A DNA stretch of 64,000 nt from an uncultured Armatimonadetes bacterium (GTDB lineage Bacteria; Armatimonadota; Hebobacteria; Hebobacterales; Hebobacteraceae), in the NCBI GenBank assembly GCA_963716175.1, contig OY970296.1, positions 3,968,001-4,032,000 on the forward strand, written 5' to 3'. The notes under the pieces were generated by a model. It searched no databases. It worked only from the letters and a program-made list of their open reading frames with translations, and had not been told where the DNA came from. Positions 1-7,838 of this stretch are shown here, one piece after another (positions within the stretch are counted from its first letter, which is position 1; each line of letters opens with the position of its first letter). Position numbers and translations under genes: made by a program.

Positions 1-2
1 CG

Positions 3-434
3 GAGGTGCTGGCGCGGCAGTTCGGGTCCCTGGAGCGGCTGGCGAAGGCGAGCGAAGAGGAGCTGAGCCAGACCATGGAGATCGGGCCGGTGATCGCGCA
101 GGCGGTGGCGGTGTTCTTCCGCCAGCAGCAGACTAAGGAGCTGTTGGCGAAGCTGAAGCGGGCGGGAGTCGAGCCAGTAACGCAGGCTCCCAGCCTGCCC
201 GCAGGCGGACCCTTCGCCGGCAAGACCGTCGTCTTCACCGGGGCCCTGAGCATGCCCCGGGCCGAGGCAGAGCGGATCGTCACCTCCCAGGGCGGCCGGG
301 CCGCCTCCAGCGTCAGCAAGAGCACCAACTACGTGGTGGCGGGAGAGTCCCCGGGATCGAAGTCCGAGAAGGCGCGGGAGCTGGGCATCCCCATCCTTAG
401 CGAAGAGGAATTCCGGCGGATGCTCGGTAAGTAG
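3..434 (+). CDS. ligA: NAD-dependent DNA ligase, C-terminal part (HhH + BRCT), truncated by window edge
   Basis: LARQFGSLERL..EIGPVIAQ HhH repeats; GKTVVFTGAL..SSVSKSTNYVVAGESPGSKSEKARELG BRCT domain. Confidence 0.97.
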   Translation, partial: EVLARQFGSLERLAKASEEELSQTMEIGPVIAQAVAVFFRQQQTKELLAKLKRAGVEPVTQAPSLPAGGPFAGKTVVFTGALSMPRAEAERIVTSQGGRAASSVSKSTNYVVAGESPGSKSEKARELGIPILSEEEFRRMLGK

Positions 435-442
435 GCTACTTG

Positions 443-464
443 GTAGCCCAGGCTCCCAGCCTGG
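443..464 (+). repeat. GTAG-footed REP-like hairpin
   Basis: GTAG-C-CCAGGCT-CCC-AGCCTGG, intergenic. Confidence 0.55.
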
Positions 465-484
465 AGTGTGGTCAGAGATCGGGA

Positions 485-1033
485 ATGCTGAACCCACAAC
501 AACGGGCTGCGCTGCTTAAGGTCGCCCGCGGGGCGATGGAGGCCGCGGCCACGAACCAGCCTTACCGCCCGGCCTCGAATGACCCGGCCTTGCGGCAGCC
601 TGGCGCCGCCTTTGTCACCCTCAACAAGCACGGCCAGCTTCGCGGCTGCATCGGCATGATCGAGGCGCGGGACCCCCTGATCGAGTGCGTGGCCAACATG
701 GCGCGGGCGGCCGCGCGAGAGGATTACCGCTTCCCACCGGTGCGACCCGCTGAGGTGGCCGAGCTCAGTGTTGATATCTCAGTGCTGAGCCCGTGCGAGC
801 GGGTGGAGGACGTGAGCAAGATCGAGGTGGGCAAGCACGGGCTGATCATCCAGGACGCGCAGTGCCGGGGGCTGCTGCTGCCCCAGGTGGCGACGGAATG
901 GGGCTGGAGTCGCGAGGAGTTCCTGGATCACTGCTGCCTCAAGGCCGGGCTGCCCGAGGGGCACTGGCGCAAGGGCGGAGAGATCTACTGCTTCACCGCG
1001 GAAGTGTTTGGGGAGGAGGAGCCGGGTGGCTGA
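485..1033 (+). CDS. amrA: AMMECR1-domain protein (AmmeMemoRadiSam system protein A)
   Basis: AFVTL..LRGCIG, DYRFPPV..E, GKHGL, GLLLPQVATEWGW, CLKAGL motifs; ATG 485 preferred as start. Confidence 0.93.
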   Translation: MLNPQQRAALLKVARGAMEAAATNQPYRPASNDPALRQPGAAFVTLNKHGQLRGCIGMIEARDPLIECVANMARAAAREDYRFPPVRPAEVAELSVDISVLSPCERVEDVSKIEVGKHGLIIQDAQCRGLLLPQVATEWGWSREEFLDHCCLKAGLPEGHWRKGGEIYCFTAEVFGEEEPGG

Positions 1034-1034
1034 T

Positions 1035-1058
1035 GGGCAGGTCGCGGACCTGCCCTAC
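1035..1058 (-). repeat. GTAG-footed REP-like hairpin between 28-bp direct repeats (994-1021, 1059-1086)
   Basis: Minus strand reads GTAGGGCAGGTCCGCGACCTGCCC, identical to 13355-13378. Confidence 0.85.
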
Positions 1059-1098
1059 CACCGGGGAAGTGCCTGGGGAGGAGGAGTAGCTGACTGCC

Positions 1099-1650
1099 AT
1101 GATGGATCATGCCGGCGCGCTGGCGCTGCTGCAAGCCCACGTCAAGACCAGGAACCTGATCAAGCACTGCCTCGCCTGCGAGGCGGTGCTGGGCGCGCTC
1201 GCCCAGCGCCTGGGCCAGGATGAAGCCACCTGGCGGCTGGCCGGGCTGCTGCATGACGTAGACTACGACCAGACCGTGAACTCGCCGGAGACGCATGCCT
1301 TGATCGGGGCCAAGCTGCTGGAGGCAGCAGGCGTTGACTCCGGGATCGTGCATGCGGTGCTGGCGCACGCCGAGAAAGTGCCGCGGGAGTCTTTGCTCGA
1401 CAAAGCCGTGTGGGTGGTGGACCCGCTCACCGGGCTGATCGTGGCCGCGGCCCTGATCAGACCGGAGAAGAAGCTGGCGGCGATTGATGCCCAGTTCGTG
1501 CTGAATCGGATGAAGGAGAAAAGCTTCGCCCGCGGCGCGAACCGGGAGCAGATTCGGGCCTGCGAGCAGGAGCTGGGGCTGCCGCTCGAGGAGTTCGTGG
1601 GAATCGGGGTACACGCGATGCAGGGCATCAGTGGCGAGCTGGGGTTGTGA
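1099..1650 (+). CDS. HD-domain (HDIG-type) metal-dependent phosphohydrolase
   Basis: NLIKHCLA, GLLHDVDY, H..IG, DPLTGLI, KEKSFARG; SD GGAGGAG upstream. Confidence 0.92.
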   Translation: MMDHAGALALLQAHVKTRNLIKHCLACEAVLGALAQRLGQDEATWRLAGLLHDVDYDQTVNSPETHALIGAKLLEAAGVDSGIVHAVLAHAEKVPRESLLDKAVWVVDPLTGLIVAAALIRPEKKLAAIDAQFVLNRMKEKSFARGANREQIRACEQELGLPLEEFVGIGVHAMQGISGELGL

Positions 1651-2111
1651 GCGAGGAGGGTTCGCTCCGGTGGGCAGTTCACCTCGCTCGCCGCAGGCCG
1701 CGCCAGGCCACAGTTGCGCTGGGCATCATCCTGGTGGGCGCAATCGCGGCGGGCCTGGGGTTCGGTAGCTTCCTGCTGGGCGCGTTGGCTGCAGTGCTGC
1801 TGCTGGCCTCGGTCGCCGACTACCTGCTTCCCATCCACTACCGGCTCGACGAGCGCGGCCTGTCTATGCGAGGGGTCTTGCATCGCCGGCGGCTGAGTTG
1901 GGGACAAGTGCGCCGGGTGATCCGGGATGACCTGGGGGTGAAGGCCAGCCCGCTGGCCCGGCCTTCGAGACTCGAAGCCTACCGTGGTATATACCTCTGG
2001 TTCGCGGACAACGAAGCCGAAGTGATGGCAGCCATCACGCATTACACCTCACCGGAGGCGGGTGGTGGAGACTATCGGCCACCTATTCAGCTTTCTACGC
2101 GCACGCCCTGA
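1647..2111 (+). CDS. Hypothetical membrane protein (2 TM + PH-like soluble domain)
   Basis: GTGA overlap with the upstream stop; two hydrophobic helices then YLLPIHYRLDERG..LSWGQVRRV. Confidence 0.75.
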   Translation: MSEEGSLRWAVHLARRRPRQATVALGIILVGAIAAGLGFGSFLLGALAAVLLLASVADYLLPIHYRLDERGLSMRGVLHRRRLSWGQVRRVIRDDLGVKASPLARPSRLEAYRGIYLWFADNEAEVMAAITHYTSPEAGGGDYRPPIQLSTRTP

Positions 2112-2400
2112 GCCAGAGGCGGAGAGGGCGGCGCGCGAGGCGAGGCAGGCCGAGATCGTGGAGAAGCTGGCCCGCGCCATCGTGGCGCGGCGGCTGGAGG
2201 CGCCGGCCGCACTCTTCCTGGAACTCAATCGCCCCCTCGGCTTCATCTTCAGCCAGGCCGCCTTCTTCGCCCGTCCCTTCCTGGCCTTCTTCCTGCCCAC
2301 GGCAGATGTGGAAGGGGCAGCAGAAGTCCTCGACGACCCCAGAGCCTTGGACCGGTTGATCGAGCGCATCGGCGAGATCAGCGCCGCGGAGAGCAGGTAG
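2062..2400 (+). CDS. Conserved hypothetical protein
   Basis: SD GGAGG before GTG; coding-like codon use; operonic spacing to the next gene. Confidence 0.75.
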   Translation: MVETIGHLFSFLRARPEPEAERAAREARQAEIVEKLARAIVARRLEAPAALFLELNRPLGFIFSQAAFFARPFLAFFLPTADVEGAAEVLDDPRALDRLIERIGEISAAESR

Positions 2401-2402
2401 GC

Positions 2403-3197
2403 ATGGGTAGCCTGGAGCATGCCAACTGGTTCATGACCGCGCTGCTGGGTGGCATGAGCGCGATCATCATTGCCAGCGTGCTGCTCGCCCAGCGGGGCCG
2501 CGCCATGTTCATCCGCCGCATCCCCGGGCTGGCCGCCATCGAGCAGGCGGTGGGCCGGGCCACCGAAATGGGACGACCCATCTTCTTCTCGCCCGGGCTC
2601 GACTCCATCAGCATCACGACCCTGCAAGCGCTCGCCATTCTCTCTCACATCGTTCGTCTTGCCGCCGCGCAAGCCACGCGCGTGATTGTCGGGGTGCGCG
2701 ACCCGACGGTGCTGCCGGTGGCCGAGGAGTCAGTCCGCGAGGCGTTCACCGCCTCCGGGCATCCGGAGGCCTACCGGCCCGAGGATGTGCGCTTTGTCTC
2801 GGACGATCAGTTCGCCTACGCGCTGGGAACAGTGGGGCTGATGCAGCGGGAGCGGGTGGCGACGAACTTCTTCTTCGGGGGTTTCTATGCGGAGGCGCTG
2901 ATCCTCACCGAGAACGGCCAGGCGCTGGGCGCGCTGCAGGTGGCGGGCTGTCCTGATCCGACCCAGATTCCTTTCTTCATCGCCACCTGTGATTACGTGG
3001 TGATCGGCGACGAGTACTACGCGGCCAGCGCCTACCTCACCCGCGAGCCCACGCTCACCGGGAGCCTGGTGGGCCAAGATATCGCGAAAGGAATCATAGT
3101 CGCCATCGTGCTGGTGGGGTTGGGCCTTGCCACCATCCTGGGCGCGGGGCCGACGCAGCATAGCTTCCTGCTGGGTCTGTTGGCGCAGGGAAGATGA
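2403..3197 (+). CDS. DUF6754-like membrane-anchored protein
   Basis: FIRRIPGLAAIEQAVGRATEMGRP, QFAYA, FYAEALIL.E.G, QIPFFIATCDY..IGDEYYAASAYL, GSLVGQD. Confidence 0.85.
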   Translation: MGSLEHANWFMTALLGGMSAIIIASVLLAQRGRAMFIRRIPGLAAIEQAVGRATEMGRPIFFSPGLDSISITTLQALAILSHIVRLAAAQATRVIVGVRDPTVLPVAEESVREAFTASGHPEAYRPEDVRFVSDDQFAYALGTVGLMQRERVATNFFFGGFYAEALILTENGQALGALQVAGCPDPTQIPFFIATCDYVVIGDEYYAASAYLTREPTLTGSLVGQDIAKGIIVAIVLVGLGLATILGAGPTQHSFLLGLLAQGR

Positions 3198-4000
3198 CGC
3201 AGAGCGCGCTGGTGCTTCGGATAGTGCTCTCGCTGATCGGCACCGGGGCCGTGCTGTACGCGCTGCACCGCGCGCTGGGCCCCCGCGGCCGGCGCTGGCT
3301 GATCGTGCTGGTGACGTTTGCAGGCGGCCTGTTCTACGGGCTCGAGTGGTTCTACCCGGCTCACGGCCACCCCTCGAAGAACTTCCTCACGGACTGGATC
3401 GAACCGGTCAGCAACATGCTGGCCGTGGTGGGCGCCTTCACGGTAGGTCTGGGCATCTTCAGCCTCTGCCAGGTGCACGGCCGGAACGTCGCGCGCCGGC
3501 GGGCCGGCTGGTGGAACAGCTTGGCCTTCTTCCTCGCCATGATCGCGATGTTCGTGTTCGGCCTCTGGGAGCATTACTTGCACTTGCCCGAACCCACGCC
3601 CGCGGTGGTGCCCTGGCAGAAGGCGGTCTATGAGGTGCTGTTCAGCGGGCTCTTCGTCCCCCTCCAGGCGGCGACGTTCTCTCTGCTCGCCTTCTACATC
3701 GCCTCCGCGGCCTACCGCGCCTTTCGCATTCGCACCGCAGAGGCCGCCCTGATGATGGCGGCCGCATTCGTGGTGATGCTGGGGCAGGTGCCGATCGGGG
3801 CCTGGCTCACGAATGGGCTTCCGGCGAAGACGGCTCTGGGTTTCTTTCGACTGGAGGCACTGGGCGACTGGGTGATGCGCTGGCTCAACACGCCGGCCCA
3901 GCGGGGCATCACTTTCGGCATTGCCATCGGGGCCCTGGCCATGTCGCTGCGCATCTGGCTGAGCCTGGAGCGCGGCACCTTCTTCTCGGAGCAGGGCTAG
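3194..4000 (+). CDS. Polytopic membrane protein of the DUF6754 cluster
   Basis: ATGA overlap; about 7 TM segments; FSLLAFYIASAAYRAFRIRT.EA, LGQVPIG, R.WLSLER motifs. Confidence 0.85.
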   Translation: MTQSALVLRIVLSLIGTGAVLYALHRALGPRGRRWLIVLVTFAGGLFYGLEWFYPAHGHPSKNFLTDWIEPVSNMLAVVGAFTVGLGIFSLCQVHGRNVARRRAGWWNSLAFFLAMIAMFVFGLWEHYLHLPEPTPAVVPWQKAVYEVLFSGLFVPLQAATFSLLAFYIASAAYRAFRIRTAEAALMMAAAFVVMLGQVPIGAWLTNGLPAKTALGFFRLEALGDWVMRWLNTPAQRGITFGIAIGALAMSLRIWLSLERGTFFSEQG

Positions 4001-4008
4001 AAACTGCA

Positions 4009-4439
4009 ATCCGCAGATTACGCAGATGGCGCAGAAGAATAGGAATGACCCGAGAACCTATGCGATTATCGGCGCAGCCATTCAGGTGCATGGTGAGCTT
4101 GGCTGCGGCTTCCTGGAAGCGGTGTACCAGGAGGCGCTTGCCCTGGAGTTTGGCCGGCAGGGACTCCCGTTCGCAGCGCAGGTGGAGTTGCCGATCTCCT
4201 ATCGAGGCAGGCCGCTAGACGCGAGCTTTCGGGCGGACTTCATCTGTTTCGACGAGGTGATCGTAGAGGTCAAGGCATTGTCTGCCCTCAGCGGCGTCGA
4301 AGACGCTCAGGTGATCAACTACCTCGAAGCAACGGGGCTCCAGGTGGGCCTGCTGCTCAACTTCGGGACCAAGTCGCTTCAGCACAGACGGCTTGTGTTG
4401 TCCAAGAGATAATCTGTGCAATCTGCGTAATCTGCGGAT
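4009..4439. mobile_element. GxxExxY cassette bounded by perfect 19-bp inverted repeats with 9-nt periodicity
   Basis: ATCCGCAGATTACGCAGAT (4009-4027) and ATCTGCGTAATCTGCGGAT (4421-4439); mobility is inferred. Confidence 0.6.
4026..4412 (+). CDS. GxxExxY protein (PD-(D/E)XK nuclease-like)
   Basis: IIGAAIQVHGELGCGFLEAVYQEAL, FRADFIC..VIVEVKA, AQVINYL..GLLLNFG. Confidence 0.95.
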   Translation: MAQKNRNDPRTYAIIGAAIQVHGELGCGFLEAVYQEALALEFGRQGLPFAAQVELPISYRGRPLDASFRADFICFDEVIVEVKALSALSGVEDAQVINYLEATGLQVGLLLNFGTKSLQHRRLVLSKR

Positions 4440-4443
4440 AGCA

Positions 4444-5304
4444 ATGATGGAAGAGCGTTCGACCGACAACTTCTGGCAGCGCCTGCAGCAGATCCCGCGG
4501 CACTACATCTACCTGCTGCTGGCGGCAGTGGTGGTGTGGCAGCTCCTGTTCCCGATTCGCCTGCCGATAGTGCCCAGCGCGGCCACCCTAGGCCTTTACG
4601 ATGCCATCCACGCGGTGCCTGATGATAAGCTCATCATCATCAGCACCGACTGGGACGCGAGCACGCAAGCTGAGACCGGGCCGCAGACTCAGGCCATCAT
4701 CAATGCCTGCTTTCAGCTCAAGAAGCGCTTCGTGATCATGAACATGCAGCCCCCCATGGGGGTGAAGCTGGCCAATGACATCGCGCTGGAGCTGGGCAAG
4801 CAATATGGCGCTCGCTATGGCATAGACTGGGCGAACTGGGGCTATAAGTACGGCTATGGCAACGTGCTGATGGCGATGGCGAAGGATATCCCCAAGGCGA
4901 TCGGCGATGACTTCTACGGCAAACGGGTGACGACGCTGCCACTGATGAAGGGCGTGAAGGATATCAAGAGCATCGGCCTGGTGATCGAGGTCACCGGCCT
5001 GTCGGGCATGACCGAGACCTGGATAGGCCTGATCCAGGGGCCCTATCGGACCCCGTTCGCGTCGGCTTACACCGCGGTGATGGCGCCTGGCTACTATCCC
5101 TTTCTGGATTCCGGGCAGATGAAGGGGATGCTGGTCGGAGCCAAGGGCGCCGCCGAGATGGAGACCCTGGTGCACCGGCCGGGCAAAGCCACCGCCATCA
5201 TGAACGTGCAGTCGTGGGCGCACGTGCTGATCATCGCCCTCATCATCATCGGCAACCTGGGATACGTGCTGGCCCGAGCCCGGGCCCAAGGAGAGCCGCG
5301 GTGA
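4444..5304 (+). CDS. Membrane-anchored protein of the DUF6754 cluster (N- and C-terminal TM)
   Basis: ATG 4444 or 4447; DWDASTQAE..P, YGIDWANWGY, YYPFLDSGQMKGMLVGAKGAAEME, QSWAH..II..IIIGN. Confidence 0.85.
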   Translation: MMEERSTDNFWQRLQQIPRHYIYLLLAAVVVWQLLFPIRLPIVPSAATLGLYDAIHAVPDDKLIIISTDWDASTQAETGPQTQAIINACFQLKKRFVIMNMQPPMGVKLANDIALELGKQYGARYGIDWANWGYKYGYGNVLMAMAKDIPKAIGDDFYGKRVTTLPLMKGVKDIKSIGLVIEVTGLSGMTETWIGLIQGPYRTPFASAYTAVMAPGYYPFLDSGQMKGMLVGAKGAAEMETLVHRPGKATAIMNVQSWAHVLIIALIIIGNLGYVLARARAQGEPR

Positions 5305-5969
5305 ACCCCGAGGTCACCATCCTCTGGTGCGCCGCTCTCGCTACCCTGGGGATCTATAGCATTCTCTACCGGGACAATGCCATCTCCCGGTTGTTCGAGC
5401 ACATCTTCGTGGGTCTGAGCGCGGGTTATCTGATCTTCACCACCTGGACCCAGAACCTGGAGGGCAAGTGGTGGAATCCCATGATCCACCAGCGCCACTG
5501 GTACTGGATCTTCGCCCCGGTGGTGGGGCTGCTCTTCTACCTGATCTACAGCCGGCGGCTGGTGTGGCTGGCTCGCCTGGTGATGGGGCTGTTCTTCGGC
5601 ACCGCGGCGGGCATATTCTTCCGCGAGTTCTTCCCGCTCTACTCCCCGCAGATCTACGCCTGCTTCAAGCCGCTGCGGGCCGACGCCCACCTGGCCTGGT
5701 CAGACGTGATTCTCCACAACTGGGTGTTCGTGGTCATCCTGCTGACGGTGATGAGCTACTTCTTCTTCTCCCTCCCGCACGAGGGCCGCTTCGGCCGCAA
5801 CCTGGGCCGCTCGTCTCTGCTGGGCCGGTGGTTCCTGATGGTCGCCTTCGGCGCCATGTTCGGAAACACGGTGATGGCCCGCATCTCCCTCTTCATCGGG
5901 CGCGTGCAGTTTCTGCTGAAGGACTGGATCGGGCAGTATGTGCATTGGTTCGCGGGGAGGGGGATGTAG
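5301..5969 (+). CDS. Polytopic membrane protein of the DUF6754 cluster
   Basis: GTGA overlap; YSILYRDN..RLFEHIFVGLSAGY, YFFFS, GRWFLMVAFGAMFGNTVMAR. Confidence 0.85.
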   Translation: MNPEVTILWCAALATLGIYSILYRDNAISRLFEHIFVGLSAGYLIFTTWTQNLEGKWWNPMIHQRHWYWIFAPVVGLLFYLIYSRRLVWLARLVMGLFFGTAAGIFFREFFPLYSPQIYACFKPLRADAHLAWSDVILHNWVFVVILLTVMSYFFFSLPHEGRFGRNLGRSSLLGRWFLMVAFGAMFGNTVMARISLFIGRVQFLLKDWIGQYVHWFAGRGM

Positions 5970-5990
5970 CGTGGGGCGGTCCGGAAGCCC

Positions 5991-6113
5991 GTGGGGCAGG
6001 AGTCTGTCTCCTGCCCCAGGCGGGCCGCGAGCCCCCGGCCGCAAAGGTCACCGTTGGACAGGAGCTTGCTCCTGTCACCCATCATACATGGCAGGACCGA
6101 GGTCCTGCCCAAC
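5991..6113. repeat. Cluster of REP-like hairpins with GTGG or GTTG feet
   Basis: GGGGCAGGAG/CTCCTGCCCC; GTTG-GACAGGAGC-TT-GCTCCTGTC (6053-6076); GGCAGGACC-GA-GGTCCTGCC-CAAC (6090-6113). Confidence 0.7.
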
Positions 6114-6138
6114 CGAGCGTCCCGCCGTTCCTAGAGTT

Positions 6139-6166
6139 CCTCTGCGCTCTCTGCGTCTCTGTGGTG
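6139..6166. repeat. Orphan near-9-nt periodic repeat CCTCTGCGCTCTCTGCGTCTCTGTGGTG
   Basis: Three CTCTG(C/T)G units; same style as the GxxExxY flanks, but no partner arm or gene. Confidence 0.5.
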
Positions 6167-6176
6167 CCTCCAGTTG

Positions 6177-6185
6177 TGATATGAT
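6177..6185 (+). promoter_or_regulatory. Extended -10 promoter (TG-a-TATGAT) 8 nt upstream of the mtaB ATG; near-leaderless transcript
   Basis: TGATATGAT then GCGGTGTC-ATG; no SD. Confidence 0.5.
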
Positions 6186-6193
6186 GCGGTGTC

Positions 6194-7516
6194 ATGGCTC
6201 CCCGCATCCGCATCATCACCCTCGGCTGCAAGGTCAACCAGTGCGACGGCGACGAGATGGGCCGGTCGCTCGCCGCGGCGGGGTTTGATCTTCTGCCTAG
6301 CGGCCAGGCCGATCTCTACATCGTCAACACCTGCACCGTGACCGCGACCGCGGACGCCAAGGCGCGCAAGCTCATCCGCAAGCTCGCAAGAGAGCATCCA
6401 GGAGCGAAGCTGGTGGTGACCGGCTGCGGGGCGGCGCGGGATGCCGAGGCGGTCGGGATGCCCGGCCTGGTCGTAGTTCCGAACGCGCGGAAGGCGGAGA
6501 TCGCCGAGTTGGTAGCGCGGGCAGCAGTCGCCGGGCATGCGGAGATGGCTAGGCCGCCTGAGGCGACCGCCACCGCGGCTGACGGCCTAGCCGCATGCCC
6601 GCCCTACAGCACGGCCCGTACGCGCGCTTTCCTGAAGATCCAGGACGGCTGCGATCATCGCTGCGCCTATTGCGCGGTGCCCGACGCGCGGGGCCGGCCG
6701 GTGAGCAAGCCCCTGCCGGAGGTGCTGGCGGAGCTGCGGCGCCTTGCTGAGGGTGGCGCGCAGGAGGTGGTGCTGTGCGGCATTCGCCTCGGCGCCTACG
6801 GGAGAGAAGGGGGCGGCGCCCCCGGCCTGGCGGACCTGCTGCGAGCCGCCCGCGAGATCGCGGTCCCCCGGCTGCGCCTGAGCTCGGTGGAGCCCATGGA
6901 TCTCGACGGCGATCTCCTGGCGGAGATGGCGGGCCATCCGCGCCTCTGCCATCACCTCCATCTGCCACTGCAGTCCGGGGATGACGCGGTCCTGGCGGAG
7001 ATGGGCCGCGGCTACACGACCACCGATTATGCTCGCCTCGTGGACCGGATTCGCGGGGCCTGGCCGGAGGCCGCGATCACGACGGACGTGATGGCTGGGT
7101 TTCCAGGTGAGACTGAAATGCAGTTTCAGAGCACAGTTGACTTCGCGCAGGAGATCGGGTTCTCCCGCGTGCACGTTTTCCCCTACTCACCGCGGCCTGG
7201 CGCCCCCGCGGCTCAGCGGCGCGATCAAACGCCTGCAGCAGTGAGGCGGCAGCGCGCAGAACGGCTGCTGATGATCGGCGCGCAACTGGCGCAGCGGGCC
7301 GCCACCTCCTGGGTGGGGCGCGAGGTGAGAGTGCTGTTCGAGGAGCGCGATCCAGGGGGTGCACTCACGGGTCTGACCGACCAGTATCTGCGGGTGCGGT
7401 GCCACGGGCCGAGCGCATGGCTGGGCCGCATAGTGCCGGCGGAGGCGAAGACGGCGCTGGCAGGGGAGCTGATGGTGGTCGCGAACCAGCATCTGTCGCA
7501 GGGCAGCAGGAGGTAG
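6194..7516 (+). CDS. mtaB: tRNA t6A37 methylthiotransferase MtaB
   Basis: TLGCKVNQ, VNTCTVT..AD.K.R, VTGC, LKIQDGCDHRCAYCAVP..RG, HVFPYSPRPG. Confidence 0.93.
   Translation: MAPRIRIITLGCKVNQCDGDEMGRSLAAAGFDLLPSGQADLYIVNTCTVTATADAKARKLIRKLAREHPGAKLVVTGCGAARDAEAVGMPGLVVVPNARKAEIAELVARAAVAGHAEMARPPEATATAADGLAACPPYSTARTRAFLKIQDGCDHRCAYCAVPDARGRPVSKPLPEVLAELRRLAEGGAQEVVLCGIRLGAYGREGGGAPGLADLLRAAREIAVPRLRLSSVEPMDLDGDLLAEMAGHPRLCHHLHLPLQSGDDAVLAEMGRGYTTTDYARLVDRIRGAWPEAAITTDVMAGFPGETEMQFQSTVDFAQEIGFSRVHVFPYSPRPGAPAAQRRDQTPAAVRRQRAERLLMIGAQLAQRAATSWVGREVRVLFEERDPGGALTGLTDQYLRVRCHGPSAWLGRIVPAEAKTALAGELMVVANQHLSQGSRR
6532..6607 (-). repeat. REP-like composite hairpin inside the mtaB linker
   Basis: CGGGCATGC..GGCTAGGCCG pairs with CGGCCTAGCC-GCATGCCCG, followed by CCCTAC; related to 17494-17592 and 14529-14583. 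Confidence 0.7.
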
Positions 7517-7517
7517 C

Positions 7518-7832
7518 TTGCAGGCCACGAAGTCAACGAGCATGGAGACCTTGGTCGTGATCTACGATGAGGCCTTCCAGGCCGAAATCAGCGCGGTGGT
7601 CGAGCGCGGCATGGTGGTGCCGCGCTACACCCGCATAGACGACGTGATCGGGGCGCGCATGGCGGAGCGAGAGGCGCAGTCAGGCTATCTGGCCGACCGC
7701 CGCAATCGCATCATCCTGGTGGTGGCCGAGCCGCCGACCATCGCTCGTATGCTGAGCGATCTGCGCGCGCTTCGCAACCAGAAGCGGCGCGGCATTCGCG
7801 CATTCGTGGTCCCCGTGTCTGAGGTGGTCTGA
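7518..7832 (+). CDS. P-II-like (PG0541-type) small protein
   Basis: About 100 aa ferredoxin-like pattern, RYTRIDDVIG, C-terminal GIRAFVVPVSEVV; SD AGGAGG before TTG (alternative ATG 7542). Confidence 0.65.
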   Translation: MQATKSTSMETLVVIYDEAFQAEISAVVERGMVVPRYTRIDDVIGARMAEREAQSGYLADRRNRIILVVAEPPTIARMLSDLRALRNQKRRGIRAFVVPVSEVV

Positions 7833-7838
7833 CCGGCG

